A stretch of DNA of 64,000 nucleotides. It comes from Candidatus Saccharimonadia bacterium (GTDB lineage: Bacteria > Patescibacteriota > Saccharimonadia > UBA4664). Position numbers and translations under genes: made by a program. Below the pieces are notes generated by a model, which saw nothing but the letters and a program-made list of their open reading frames with translations, did not search any database and was not told where the DNA came from. The stretch lies in assembly GCA_036488585.1 (NCBI GenBank), contig DASXHH010000019.1:5030-69029 (forward strand). Reading direction: 5' to 3'. Below are positions 47,144 to 57,403 of this stretch, piece after piece; positions within the stretch are counted from its first letter, which is position 1; every line of letters starts with the position of its first letter.

Positions 47144-48202
47144 CTAGCGCGGAATTTTCCCAAACTGTGTCGGTACGAGTATGTCCTTGAGCGCGTCGAT
47201 ATCCTCGAGCACCAAACCCGTTCCGCGCGCCACCGCCGTCAGTGGGTCCTCCGCCACATGCACTGGCATCTTGGTTTCCCTCGACAGCATCATGTCGAGC
47301 CCCTTTAACAATGCACCACCGCCTGCCAAGAAAATTCCGCGCTCCATAATATCTGCCACCAACTCCGGCGGTGTCTCCTCGATCGTAATCTTCACTGCCT
47401 CCACAATCTCACGCACACTCTTCGAGAGCGCCTGCCGCACCTGTTCCGGCGAGATCATGATCTCTTTCGGCAAACCCGTCACTAAATCGCGCCCGCGCAT
47501 CGGTACCTCTTTTAGACCGTTCATTGGGTACGCCGATCCGACCGCAATTTTGATATTCTCGGCTGTACGCTCCCCAATCTGCAGGTTAAATTGCTCGCGC
47601 GCGTATTGAATAATGTCGTCCGACAGCTCATCGCCCGCGATCCGCAAGCTTCGGCTCGCCACAATCCCGCCCAGCGAGATAATCGCCACCTCAGTCGTCC
47701 CGCCGCCAATATCAACGATCATCGAGCCCGCCGCGTCTTGAATCGGCAGCCGCGACCCAATCGCTGCCGCCATCGGCTCCTCGATCAAAAAAGTCTGGCG
47801 CGCGCCGGCGTTCGTAGCTGCATCTTCCACCGCCCGCTTCTCCACCTCGGTTACGCCACTCGGAATTCCCACCACCACCCGCGGCCGTGGAAAAATACTA
47901 TAGGTTTCGCGATGTACTTTATTAATAAAGTACTTAAGCATCTGCTCGGTCACTTCAAAGTCGCTCACCACGCCGTCCACCAACGGCCGCGTCGCCACAA
48001 TCGACGCTGGCGTCTTGCCCACCATCTTTTTAGCCTCATCCCCGATCGCTAGTACCTGTTTGGTCTTAACGTTCATGGCCACCACGCTCGGCTCGTTTAT
48101 CACAATTCCCTTGCCCCGCACATACACCAAAGTATTGGCCGTGCCGAGGTCAATTCCAATATCATGCGACAACAGTCCGAGTACTCGGTTAATCATGGGC
48201 AA
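47144..48202 (-). CDS. mreB: Rod shape-determining protein MreB
   Basis: GIDLGTANT, EEPMAAAIG, DIGGGTTE, GGGALL. Start may be ATG 48196. Confidence 0.98.
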   Translation of the reverse strand: MPMINRVLGLLSHDIGIDLGTANTLVYVRGKGIVINEPSVVAMNVKTKQVLAIGDEAKKMVGKTPASIVATRPLVDGVVSDFEVTEQMLKYFINKVHRETYSIFPRPRVVVGIPSGVTEVEKRAVEDAATNAGARQTFLIEEPMAAAIGSRLPIQDAAGSMIVDIGGGTTEVAIISLGGIVASRSLRIAGDELSDDIIQYAREQFNLQIGERTAENIKIAVGSAYPMNGLKEVPMRGRDLVTGLPKEIMISPEQVRQALSKSVREIVEAVKITIEETPPELVADIMERGIFLAGGGALLKGLDMMLSRETKMPVHVAEDPLTAVARGTGLVLEDIDALKDILVPTQFGKIPR

Positions 48203-48353
48203 GCGCTAGTCACTCCACTCAGTCTAGCAGCCCGTATCTGAACCAGACAAGGCCCTTCCCGTTTTTGCATCAGTCATAATGCATCACCAAAACGGCCACC
48301 CTTCCTGTTAGCCTATATTCTTGTTAACTTCTAAACTAAACAAAAGGACTCCC

Positions 48354-49484
48354 ATGCCATCTACTGCTACCAATACCAATATTCTCACCGACCTGCTTAC
48401 GCATCTCGTCCGCTTCCCCACCGTCTCAGACGATAGCTCCACCAACCGCGCTGCCCTGGATTGGGTTGAGGAGCAGCTCTCTAGCCTACCACTAAAGATT
48501 CAGCGGCTCGAAAACCATGGCACCCCAGCCCTAATCGCCACCACGCCAGCCGCCCGCAATCCCAAATCCCCCAAGTTATGGCTCCTAGCCCACATGGATG
48601 TAGTCGGCGGCGAGCCCAGCGACTTTGTAGCCAGCGTGCGTAACGGTCGCCTGCACGGACGCGGCACCCATGATATGAAATTTGCTATCGCCTGCTTCAT
48701 TGCATTGCTCCAAGAGCTCGGCTCAAACCTCAAGCACTATGACCTGGGACTTATGATTACCACCGACGAAGAAATCGGCGGCACGCACGGCGCCCGCTGG
48801 CTCGTGCAAGACCTTGGCTACCGCGGAGAGGCCGTCTTTGTTCCCGATTCCAGCACTCCCTGGAAAATGGAGGTCAGCGCCAAGGGCATCGCCAGGCTCG
48901 AACTCACCGCCACTGGTCAAGCCGCCCACGCTAGCCGCCCCTGGCAGGGCGTAAATGCCATCGACGAACTCATGCGCTTCGCAGACCACCTGCGCACCTT
49001 CGTTCCTGCAGAACCTTGCGGCGATCCTCATCACTACCATTCCACCATTAACCTCTCCATGATCTCCGGAGGAGTGGCCGTCAACCAAGTACCCGGCACC
49101 GCCAAGGCTCAAGTCGACATCCGCTTCACCCCCAAGACCTCCATCGATGACATCAACTCCTGGATCATCGAATCCCAAGCCGCCGTCCCCTCGGTGAGTG
49201 CCAGTGTAATCAACACTTCCGCTCCCTGCCAAATCCCCGCCAATGCCGCTGGTGAACTCTACAAAGCTCTCGCTCTCGAGGTCGCAGACGTTGAGGTTAC
49301 CGACCATCATGCACATGGCGGCTCCGACGCCCGCTGGTTTGCCTGGAAAGGCATTCCCATCGTCAACGTAGGAGTCACTGGCAGTGGCTACCATACCTCG
49401 CCCGAGTGGGTTGATCTGGCCGACTTAGCCCGCTACTATGAGGTCTTTCGTCGCTTTGTGAACGATTGGACCCGTGTGGAGTGA
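48354..49484 (+). CDS. M20 family metallopeptidase (ArgE/DapE-like)
   Basis: HMDVV, GRGTHDMK, DEEIGG, AHAS, GGSDAR. ATG 48354 chosen behind AAGGA. Confidence 0.92.
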   Translation: MPSTATNTNILTDLLTHLVRFPTVSDDSSTNRAALDWVEEQLSSLPLKIQRLENHGTPALIATTPAARNPKSPKLWLLAHMDVVGGEPSDFVASVRNGRLHGRGTHDMKFAIACFIALLQELGSNLKHYDLGLMITTDEEIGGTHGARWLVQDLGYRGEAVFVPDSSTPWKMEVSAKGIARLELTATGQAAHASRPWQGVNAIDELMRFADHLRTFVPAEPCGDPHHYHSTINLSMISGGVAVNQVPGTAKAQVDIRFTPKTSIDDINSWIIESQAAVPSVSASVINTSAPCQIPANAAGELYKALALEVADVEVTDHHAHGGSDARWFAWKGIPIVNVGVTGSGYHTSPEWVDLADLARYYEVFRRFVNDWTRVE

Positions 49485-50500
49485 TGAAGCGCTATGTACT
49501 AGTCGCCCTAGTACTATTGGCCGCCTTTGCTGTCTTCACCGCCATAAACCACCCCCATCCCGCCGTTCCACCGGTCCGTACCACTACCCCCACAGCTTCC
49601 ACCAGCAGCCCAGCCGGCGATCTCGCCATCACCGCCATCCGCGCCCATCCACTCACGCCCGGCGCCATCACGGTCGAGCAACAGCTCGCCCCTCGCAGCG
49701 GCTGTGCCACCGCCGTGGTGTCGTACCATTCCGACGGTTATAAAATTTTCGCCCTCGAAACCCGCCCGCCCACTCCCCCACCCGCTGGTGGCTACCCCGT
49801 GCTCATCCTGGCCCACGGCTATATTGATCCCACCCAATATCAAACCACTGGCACCGACTACGCTAGCTTCATCGCCGCCTACTGCGCCCAAGGCTATCTC
49901 GTACTCAAACCCGATTACCGCGGCAACGGCCACTCCGAAGGCATTGCGGTAGGCGGTCACTTTTCGCCCGCTTACACCTACGATATCCTCAACCTGGCTG
50001 CTTCCCTACGCTCGCTCCCCCAAGCCGATTCCAACCGCATCGCCTTACTCGGCCACAGCATGGGTGGCCACGTAGTGCTGCGAGCCCTGGTTGCTACCCA
50101 CGGCCTGCCCATTAAGGCCGCCGTTTTTGCCTCGGGCGTGGTTGGCTCGCTCCAAGACATCGCCTACCATTGGCCTAGCCCCGTTCCCTCAGACATTCCG
50201 CCCGTCCGCGACCAGGTGATCGCCCAGCATGGCAGCCCCCAGCAAGACCCGACCTTCTGGCACGACGCCTCCGCCATTAACTACGTCTCCGCCGTCCCTT
50301 GCCCAGTCCAAATCAACCACGGCTCGGCCGATACCGTCGTGCCGCTCGCCTTCTCACAGCATCTCGATACTGCCCTAAGCGCCGCCCACATCCCTCATGA
50401 ATTCCACATTTATCCTGGCGGCGACCACCAATACACCGACCCCACCATCCGACAACAATTTCTCAAGAATTCTCTTAACTTCCTGCAAGCCCATCTTTAA
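49484..50500 (+). CDS. Exported alpha/beta hydrolase (S9 peptidase-like)
   Basis: Signal peptide, GHSMGG nucleophile, HGSADTVV, GGDH; TGATG coupling to the M20 gene. Confidence 0.88.
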   Translation: MKRYVLVALVLLAAFAVFTAINHPHPAVPPVRTTTPTASTSSPAGDLAITAIRAHPLTPGAITVEQQLAPRSGCATAVVSYHSDGYKIFALETRPPTPPPAGGYPVLILAHGYIDPTQYQTTGTDYASFIAAYCAQGYLVLKPDYRGNGHSEGIAVGGHFSPAYTYDILNLAASLRSLPQADSNRIALLGHSMGGHVVLRALVATHGLPIKAAVFASGVVGSLQDIAYHWPSPVPSDIPPVRDQVIAQHGSPQQDPTFWHDASAINYVSAVPCPVQINHGSADTVVPLAFSQHLDTALSAAHIPHEFHIYPGGDHQYTDPTIRQQFLKNSLNFLQAHL

Positions 50501-50589
50501 ACAAGCTCACATCTAATTGCCTTAAGCGTCATACCATGGTATAAAGTGACGGTGCTTTGCACGTTACTCGACAGATAGGAGCACCCAGA

Positions 50590-51327
50590 ATGTCGCTTCT
50601 AAGCCAGTTCGGGGGCGGCGCTTTGGTCGGCTCCCTCTTCAAGTTCCTGCTTCTGCCGGCAGCTGTCATCTCGACAGTCTTCAAGAGCTACGACTTCGTT
50701 AGCCAAAGTGAGCTTGCGCTCAAGTATCGCTGCGGCCGGGTCGTTCGCAAATTTGAGCGGCTCGAAGGCAGGCGGTGGCGCCTCAAGCCCCGTGAGGAGC
50801 GTACGCCCAAACTCGTTAGGCCGGGCTTTCGGCTGTTGATACCTTACGCGGACAAGCTCTGCAAGATCGACATCCGGCGGCGCACCCACGAATTGAAGCC
50901 CATGACACGCGAGGTCAAAGAGAACTACTGGCAGCTCATCGAAACCACCCTAGTCTTTCGGGTAATCTGTACCCCCAAGGGTGTCTACGACGCCATCTTG
51001 ACGGCCGAGCAGCTCGAATTCCTGGTCGGACAACGGTGCCGAGCCTACCTGCGCACCCTGACCAACAACGTCAAGGTGTCCCTCGAGTCTTACGAGGACC
51101 TGGTGCTCACCAACATGGGTCCAGAGGTCGAAGAACTGGGCATCATACTAGTGGAGTTCCAAGTCAACTCCAACAACGTCACCGAGGCCACCCAGCTCGG
51201 TCAGGCCCTAGCAGCTCACGGCCCTTCAGCCCTCGCGCTGGCTGCCCTGACCAACGGCCACCACGGCAACGGACACAACGGCAACGGACACAACGCTACC
51301 CCGCTGACGGACATAGTTACCGAGTAA
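50590..51327 (+). CDS. SPFH/band-7-like membrane protein with N/G/H-repeat tail
   Basis: N-terminal hydrophobic segment, PGFRLLIPYADK..IDIRRRT, LGIILVEFQV; AGGAG SD. Confidence 0.6.
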   Translation: MSLLSQFGGGALVGSLFKFLLLPAAVISTVFKSYDFVSQSELALKYRCGRVVRKFERLEGRRWRLKPREERTPKLVRPGFRLLIPYADKLCKIDIRRRTHELKPMTREVKENYWQLIETTLVFRVICTPKGVYDAILTAEQLEFLVGQRCRAYLRTLTNNVKVSLESYEDLVLTNMGPEVEELGIILVEFQVNSNNVTEATQLGQALAAHGPSALALAALTNGHHGNGHNGNGHNATPLTDIVTE

Positions 51328-51384
51328 CAGCCCCAACCAATCACTTCACCACAGGCATGTGCTCGGCCCGTCCAGGGCCGACAA

Positions 51385-51416
51385 AGGCCCCGACGCCATA
51401 CCAGGCGTCGGGGCTT
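51385..51416. terminator. Hairpin between the convergent SPFH gene and proS
   Basis: GCCCCGACGCC/GGCGTCGGGGC perfect stem. Confidence 0.75.
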
Positions 51417-51432
51417 CCGCATTTTTCGGAGC

Positions 51433-52680
51433 TCATTTGAGCTTAGCGGTCACCTCACCCAGCTTCACCAAATGCGCCTCGGCCGCCGTCCGCGCCTTCC
51501 ATTCGACCGAGCCCTCAGCCACCGTCTTCTTGCTCACCGTTAACCGCACCGGCACACCGATTAAGTCGGCATCGGCAAACTTAGCGCCCGCTGACTCGTC
51601 GCGGTCGTCATACAACACCTCCACGCCCGAAGCACCTAGATCGTCATACAGCTTATCCGCCGCCTTCACCACTGCCTCGTCATTACCCAACCGCACCATG
51701 TGCACACTGTACGGCGCCACCTTCTCGGGCCACACCAGGCCCTTCTCGTCCGCATACCGCTCCACAATCACGCCCATCACCCGAGCCGGGCCAATGCCGT
51801 AAGAGCCCATTACTACCGACCTCGCCACGCCGTCCTCATCCGTAAACTGCAGCCCCAACGGCTCACTCTTACTCGTGCCGAGGTTAAAGATATTGCCCAC
51901 CTCAGCCGCCTTGGCCTCCTCCAGCTCCGACCGCTTCACTCCCACTAGCTCCAACACCTCCTCGGTCATCACCTCCTGGTTGATCGCTATCTTGCGCTTA
52001 TGGTCAATATAAATCGTATCCTCGCCAGCCTCCGTCAGCGTCTGGAACTCGTGGCTAAACTGAGCAAATGCCCCACCCGATGCAAACGTCAGATACGTCC
52101 ACTCGCCCAATCCCAGCCGCTCAAAGATTCGCGTGTACACAGCCTGCGCCCGCTTATAAAACTCTTCGTGCTCAGACTCATCGCGCGAAAACGAATACAT
52201 ATCCTTCATTATGAACTCGCGCGTCCTCATAATCCCGCTCTTGGCCCGCGTTTCGTTACGCAGCTTGTTCTGAAATTGGTATACCCCACGCGGCAAATCT
52301 CGATAGCTCGACACAAATTCCCGCATCATTTCGGTCATCTGCTCCTCATGGCTCCAACCCAACCCCACTTCGGTACCGTTCTTCAGTTTAGTCTTAAACC
52401 ACACGTCCACCTGCTCGTCGTCCCAGCGGTTGGTCTGTTCCCACAGCTCGCGCCGCTGGAGGCTACTCATCAGCACCTCCTGCGCCCCAAGGCCATCCAT
52501 CTCCTCCCGAATGATACCAATAATTTTGTTCAGCACCCTAAGACCCAACGGCAACATGGCGTACACCCCAGCCGCATCTTTATAAATAAATCCTGCCCGA
52601 ATCAATAATTGCGCGTTCTTCGCTGCCTCATCCTTCGGCGCGTCTTTGCGTGTTTTACTAGCCAGTTGTGACATCCGCAT
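51433..52680 (-). CDS. proS: Proline--tRNA ligase (short, no editing domain)
   Basis: LLIRAGFI, HEE, RTREFIMKDMYSF, GSYGIG, GAKFADADLIG. ATG 52680 chosen as start. Confidence 0.96.
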   Translation of the reverse strand: MRMSQLASKTRKDAPKDEAAKNAQLLIRAGFIYKDAAGVYAMLPLGLRVLNKIIGIIREEMDGLGAQEVLMSSLQRRELWEQTNRWDDEQVDVWFKTKLKNGTEVGLGWSHEEQMTEMMREFVSSYRDLPRGVYQFQNKLRNETRAKSGIMRTREFIMKDMYSFSRDESEHEEFYKRAQAVYTRIFERLGLGEWTYLTFASGGAFAQFSHEFQTLTEAGEDTIYIDHKRKIAINQEVMTEEVLELVGVKRSELEEAKAAEVGNIFNLGTSKSEPLGLQFTDEDGVARSVVMGSYGIGPARVMGVIVERYADEKGLVWPEKVAPYSVHMVRLGNDEAVVKAADKLYDDLGASGVEVLYDDRDESAGAKFADADLIGVPVRLTVSKKTVAEGSVEWKARTAAEAHLVKLGEVTAKLK

Positions 52681-52695
52681 AATGTTTATCTCCAT

Positions 52696-52878
52696 TAAAA
52701 AATCGCTCCCACCAAACGCAAAAAACGTTTGGCAAGAACGAGGTGTCTCGTGGTACCATCTTGCCTTCGTCTCGCCCAGGGGCGAGGCCTTAATTTCCCG
52801 TATTACGGCGGGTCCCGGCTCGGCTCATCACCGGCAGCTCCAGGGCGGGGTACCCCTTCGTCGCTTTGCGGCTACGTT
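52696..52878 (-). promoter_or_regulatory. T-box riboswitch (Pro) upstream of proS
   Basis: AAGAUGGUACCACG T-box (52749-52762), an overlapping terminator stem + U6, stem-I-like GGGAG..GGUGAUGA, candidate specifier GGGA-CCC. Confidence 0.85.
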
Positions 52879-52882
52879 AACA

Positions 52883-53653
52883 TCATTTCCCACTCAGCGC
52901 AATGAAGGCCAAGTAGTTATTCAGCATGTGTAGCGCCATCCCTGGGAAAATACTCTTGAGCTTCAGGTACATGTAACACAGCATCAATCCCAAGACAAAA
53001 GTATAAATGCTGATGTTGGCCTGCGCGTGCGCGATCCCAAACACCGCTGACGACACCACCGCACCCCAGACCGGGCCCCATTTCTTAGCCAGCGCCGGGA
53101 ACAAAAATCCCCGGAAAATCGTCTCTTCTAGCACCGGCGGCAGTAGCACCAATGCCACCAGCGCCAGGCTTTGGTGGGTATGGGCGGCCCCAACAAAGTC
53201 ATTTTGCTGAGCCTGGTTGGGGTTAAAACTCGGCACCAGCACACTCACCAAATCTAGCGCGATATTCGATAGCACGATAAACGCCACTAAGATCAACCCC
53301 AAATACGCCAGGGCCCGCACTACATTCACGCGCCGCCAGCCCACCGCCGACCAGCCTACCCGATACCGCCTCAGATATAGTGCCACCAAGCCAAAGCCTA
53401 CCGCTGCATCCAGCAAATCCAGCGCAAAGCTAGCCCCGATATCACCTTTAGTAGCCAGGTCCACGAAATGCGCTGCCGGCGACCACACCGGTCCCAGCAA
53501 CGACAGCGCCAACATTACCACCACCTGAATGCCAAACCAAGCCGCCACAAACACCACCAGATCGCGCACCGTCCACGGCACATTGAGATGCTCCGGCAAC
53601 GTTCGGTCCCGTTTCCGCTTCTCCTTCCGCTTCCGCCACCAGGCGCTAAACAT
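52883..53653 (-). CDS. CPBP (CAAX/Abi) intramembrane metalloprotease
   Basis: EETIFRG, FGIAH, HMLNN. Confidence 0.93.
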   Translation of the reverse strand: MFSAWWRKRKEKRKRDRTLPEHLNVPWTVRDLVVFVAAWFGIQVVVMLALSLLGPVWSPAAHFVDLATKGDIGASFALDLLDAAVGFGLVALYLRRYRVGWSAVGWRRVNVVRALAYLGLILVAFIVLSNIALDLVSVLVPSFNPNQAQQNDFVGAAHTHQSLALVALVLLPPVLEETIFRGFLFPALAKKWGPVWGAVVSSAVFGIAHAQANISIYTFVLGLMLCYMYLKLKSIFPGMALHMLNNYLAFIALSGK

Positions 53654-54756
53654 TAGAGGAATTTCCTCAAATCGTACACGCTAATAACGAGCATCAGCGC
53701 AATCAGCGCCATAAACCCAATGGCGTGAATTTTGGCCTCCGTATCGGGGCTGATCCGCCGCTTCGTCACCTGCTGTACCGCAATAATCGCCAGCCGCCCA
53801 CCGTCCAACGCCGGCAGCGGCAGCACATTGAAGGCCGCCAGCGCTACCGCAATGTTAGCCATAAACAGGAAGATATAGGCGTAACCCAACGCCGAAATAC
53901 TCTTAAGAATAAATACTATGCCAAGCGGCCCCGACGCCGCCTGCGCCGCCTGTGGCACCGAGCTTGAGAACAGCCCTACCAGCAGTACCGGTATGTTCAC
54001 AATCAGCTGCACCACTCCCACGATCGTCGCCACAAACAGCGCCCCTGCAATCCATACCGCCGCCGCCAGGGCCGAAAATGGATCGTATCGCAGCTTATAC
54101 ACCTGCTGACTTACCACACCCAAATAGCCATCCGAAGCATTCGGCCCCCGCAGTTTCACGCTTACATCGCGCTCGTCACCATTAGACCGCACGTGTAGCG
54201 TCACCTGACGCCCGGCGTTGTCCTTGGTGAATTTGCGCAAGTCCTCGTCGGTCACCAACTGCTGACCACCCGCCCGCAGCACGTAGTCACCACGCTTAAG
54301 TCCGGCATTGGCCGCCGGCGAGCCGGCCACCACCTCCGCTAAAATCAACTGCTTCGGCTGGGCATAACTGGCGTGCACGAACTTTGGCTCAAACCCCGCA
54401 CCCAGCCCTGGCAATCCCGTTAGACACAACACGTACAAAATCACCACCGCCGTCAACAGGTTCATACCCACGCCTGCCAGCAAGATCTTAGCCTTCACGC
54501 CGAAGCTGGCTGCGCCAAATGTACCCGGCCGCTCATCGGCCGTGTCCTCGCCCTTCAAGCGTACAAATCCGCCCAGCATCAGCCAGTTCACGGTGTACAG
54601 CGTGCCCTTCACCTTGCGCCCCCACACTTTCGGCGGAAACCCGATGCCAAATTCCTCTACCTCCACTCCCGACCGCTTAGCGGCATAGAAGTGGCCCCAC
54701 TCGTGCAGAATCACGAGTGATGCAAACAGTAAAATAATTACAATCGCGATCATCAT
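53653..54756 (-). CDS. rseP: RIP metalloprotease RseP (M50, PDZ)
   Basis: HEWGH, FGIGF, GGFV, NVLPLPALDGG. ATG 54756 chosen as start. Confidence 0.94.
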   Translation of the reverse strand: MMIAIVIILLFASLVILHEWGHFYAAKRSGVEVEEFGIGFPPKVWGRKVKGTLYTVNWLMLGGFVRLKGEDTADERPGTFGAASFGVKAKILLAGVGMNLLTAVVILYVLCLTGLPGLGAGFEPKFVHASYAQPKQLILAEVVAGSPAANAGLKRGDYVLRAGGQQLVTDEDLRKFTKDNAGRQVTLHVRSNGDERDVSVKLRGPNASDGYLGVVSQQVYKLRYDPFSALAAAVWIAGALFVATIVGVVQLIVNIPVLLVGLFSSSVPQAAQAASGPLGIVFILKSISALGYAYIFLFMANIAVALAAFNVLPLPALDGGRLAIIAVQQVTKRRISPDTEAKIHAIGFMALIALMLVISVYDLRKFL

Positions 54757-54793
54757 TACCAATATTCTACCGAAACTGTTTCTCAGTTATAAG

Positions 54794-55486
54794 TTAATTT
54801 CCAAACCGCCTATGACGATTGGTATATTCGGCCAGCGCTGCATCTAATTCCTCGACCGTAAAATCTGGCCAATGCTTCTTCACGAAATACAATTCCGCGT
54901 ATGCGATCCGCCACAGCATAAAACCACTCACCCGCTGCTCACCCGACGTGCGCACTACCATATCCACCGGCGGTATATCCGACGCGTACAGATGCTTCTC
55001 GATCATACCCGGATCCACCTGGTCAGCCGTTACGCCGGCTCGCATCAGCGACCGGTAGGCGTCAGCTAGCTCAGCCCGGCCGCCGTAATTTAAACACAGC
55101 CCCAGGGTACCGTGCTTGTTGCCCCTGGTGCGCTCTTCGGTATCGTCAATCGCCTTCACCAGCCGCTTCGACAACCCATCACGTGAACCCAGCAACCGAA
55201 ATCGTACTCCGCGTTTTTCTAGGTCACCAAATTCATTTATCAGCAAGCCGTACCACAGGTCCATCAAATATCCGACCTCTTCCTGGGCCCGCTGCCAGTT
55301 TTCCGTGGAAAACCCGAAGATCGTAAAATACCTAATCCCCCTGTCGAAGGCGGCTATAGCCATCTTCTTGGCCACGTCGACACCCCGCCGGTGCCCCTCA
55401 AGGGCTGGTAAGTTTCTAGACCGAGCCCACCGCCGGTTACCATCCGGAATAACTCCTAAATGCACCGGTACGGTCACGAAACTCAC
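54794..55486 (-). CDS. uppS: Polyprenyl (undecaprenyl) diphosphate synthase
   Basis: IPDGNRRW, FSTENWQR, RTSGEQRVSGF. Confidence 0.96.
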   Translation of the reverse strand: MSFVTVPVHLGVIPDGNRRWARSRNLPALEGHRRGVDVAKKMAIAAFDRGIRYFTIFGFSTENWQRAQEEVGYLMDLWYGLLINEFGDLEKRGVRFRLLGSRDGLSKRLVKAIDDTEERTRGNKHGTLGLCLNYGGRAELADAYRSLMRAGVTADQVDPGMIEKHLYASDIPPVDMVVRTSGEQRVSGFMLWRIAYAELYFVKKHWPDFTVEELDAALAEYTNRHRRFGN

Positions 55487-55489
55487 GGA

Positions 55490-56050
55490 TCAAACTTCCA
55501 TGACTTCTTTAGTTTTAGCAGCTTCCAGCTCGTCGATGCGCTTCTGGTACTGATCGATTTTCTTGTTTAACTCTGTTTCGGCAAACTTTACGTCGTCTTG
55601 AGTGGCTTCTTTGGATTTCTCCATCCTCTTAACCTCGTTCAAGACCTCGTGACGAATATTGCGCAGCGTAATCCGGCACTCCTCCACTTTGCCACCCAGG
55701 CTTTTTACCACCTCACGGCGACGCTCCTCAGTCATGGGCGGGATGTTCATGCGCACCACGTTGCCATCGCTTGAGGGGTTTAGCCCCAGCGTCTGGTTAT
55801 CGCGGATAGCCTTCTCGATCGGGCCAATCATGCTCTTGTCCCACGGCGCCACCGCCAAACTTCGACCGTCCGGTGCGCTCACCGACGCTACCGCCTTCAG
55901 AGACTGCGGCGTGCCATAAGCCTCCACCGTTACGCCATCCAGCATGCTCACAGAAGCCCGACCAGTGCGCAACGTCTTCAGCTCCTCGCTAAAGTGCTGG
56001 ATAGCCTTTTCCATTTTGGGACCGGCTGCGTCTACTAACGTTCTTACCAT
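55490..56050 (-). CDS. frr: Ribosome recycling factor
   Basis: LRTGRA, PPMTEERR, RNIR. Confidence 0.97.
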   Translation of the reverse strand: MVRTLVDAAGPKMEKAIQHFSEELKTLRTGRASVSMLDGVTVEAYGTPQSLKAVASVSAPDGRSLAVAPWDKSMIGPIEKAIRDNQTLGLNPSSDGNVVRMNIPPMTEERRREVVKSLGGKVEECRITLRNIRHEVLNEVKRMEKSKEATQDDVKFAETELNKKIDQYQKRIDELEAAKTKEVMEV

Positions 56051-56094
56051 GTGCCCTCGTTTGTTATAGCTCTATTCTATGCCCAACTTGAGGC

Positions 56095-56679
56095 TTAGGC
56101 GCCCAACTCCATCCGCTCAAAGCGGCGGATCACTATGTTCTCGCCCAGTTTGGCCACCAAACTAGTGGTAAGCTTGCTCACCGACACATCCGGATCCTTC
56201 ACAAAAGGCTGGTTTAGCAGGCAGGCCTGCTCGTAATACTTGGCCAACTTACCGTCCACGATCTTCTCGGCCACGGCCGACGGCTTGCCCTCGGCCTCTT
56301 TGCTGTAAATAGCCTTCTCGCGCTCCACCACCTCGGACGGCACGTCTTCAGGCTTGAGATACTCAGGGTTGGCCGCCGCCACATGCATCGCGATGTCGCG
56401 GGCAAACTGCTTGAAGTCATCGGTGCGGGCCACGAAGTCAGTTTCGCAGTTAATCTCCACCAGCACGCCAATGCGCCCCGAGTGCACGTAGCCCTCGATC
56501 ACACCCGCGCGAGCCTCGCGCTCGGACTTCTTGGCAGCCGAAGCCTCGCCCTTCTCACGCAGCCATTGCACGGCCTTGTCGAAGTCGCCACCGGCGGCCT
56601 CCAGGGCCTCCTTGGCCTTCATCATGCCGGCGCCGGTCGCGTCGCGCAGCTTCTTGATGTCTTCAACCGAAATTGCCAT
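56095..56679 (-). CDS. tsf: Elongation factor Ts (short form)
   Basis: LRDATGAGMM, EINCETDFVA. Confidence 0.97.
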   Translation of the reverse strand: MAISVEDIKKLRDATGAGMMKAKEALEAAGGDFDKAVQWLREKGEASAAKKSEREARAGVIEGYVHSGRIGVLVEINCETDFVARTDDFKQFARDIAMHVAAANPEYLKPEDVPSEVVEREKAIYSKEAEGKPSAVAEKIVDGKLAKYYEQACLLNQPFVKDPDVSVSKLTTSLVAKLGENIVIRRFERMELGA

Positions 56680-56683
56680 TTAG

Positions 56684-57403
56684 TTACGCCTCCTGAGTTT
56701 CTTTGGCTTTGCTCGAATACTGTTTTGCACCCTCGGCCGCAGCCTGGGCAATCTGGTGCGTAATCACACGCACCGCCTTAATCGCGTCGTCATTAGCGGG
56801 AATCGGGTAATCAATCAGATCAGGATCGCAGTTAGTATCTGCAATCGCGATCACCGGAATATTGAGCTTGCGGGCCTCGGCCACGGCGATGCCTTCCTTC
56901 GGGGCGTCCACCACAAACACGGCGCCTGGCAGGCTATCCATGTCTTTAATACCGCCGAAAATCCGATTCAAGCTAGCCGCCTCATTTGTAAAATCGAGCA
57001 CTTCCTTCTTGTTGTACTTCGAAGCAAAGTCACCACTCTCCAAACCCGCCTCGAGCTTCTTCAGCCGCTGCACCTGGCTACGGATAGTGCGGAAGTTGGT
57101 GAGCATGCCGCCGAGCCAGCGCTCAGTCACAAACGGCATGCCAGCCGCTTCGGCCTCCTCGCGCACCACCGGTGCCGCCTGGCGCTTAGTCCCCACAAGC
57201 AGGATCTTGCCTCCATTCGCCGCGGTCTCACGCGCAAAATCGGTCGCCTCTTTCAGGAGCACACCCGTCTTGGTGAGGTCAATAATGTGTACACCGCCGC
57301 GAGCCCCGTAGATATATTGCTTCATCTTCGGGTTCCAGCGCCGAGTCTGGTGGCCGAAATGAGCTCCGGCCTCAAGTAGTTCCTTCAGACTTACGTCTGC
57401 CAT
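56684..57403 (-). CDS. rpsB: 30S ribosomal protein S2
   Basis: LLEAGAHFGH, RWLGGMLTN, PANDD. Confidence 0.98.
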   Translation of the reverse strand: MADVSLKELLEAGAHFGHQTRRWNPKMKQYIYGARGGVHIIDLTKTGVLLKEATDFARETAANGGKILLVGTKRQAAPVVREEAEAAGMPFVTERWLGGMLTNFRTIRSQVQRLKKLEAGLESGDFASKYNKKEVLDFTNEAASLNRIFGGIKDMDSLPGAVFVVDAPKEGIAVAEARKLNIPVIAIADTNCDPDLIDYPIPANDDAIKAVRVITHQIAQAAAEGAKQYSSKAKETQEA

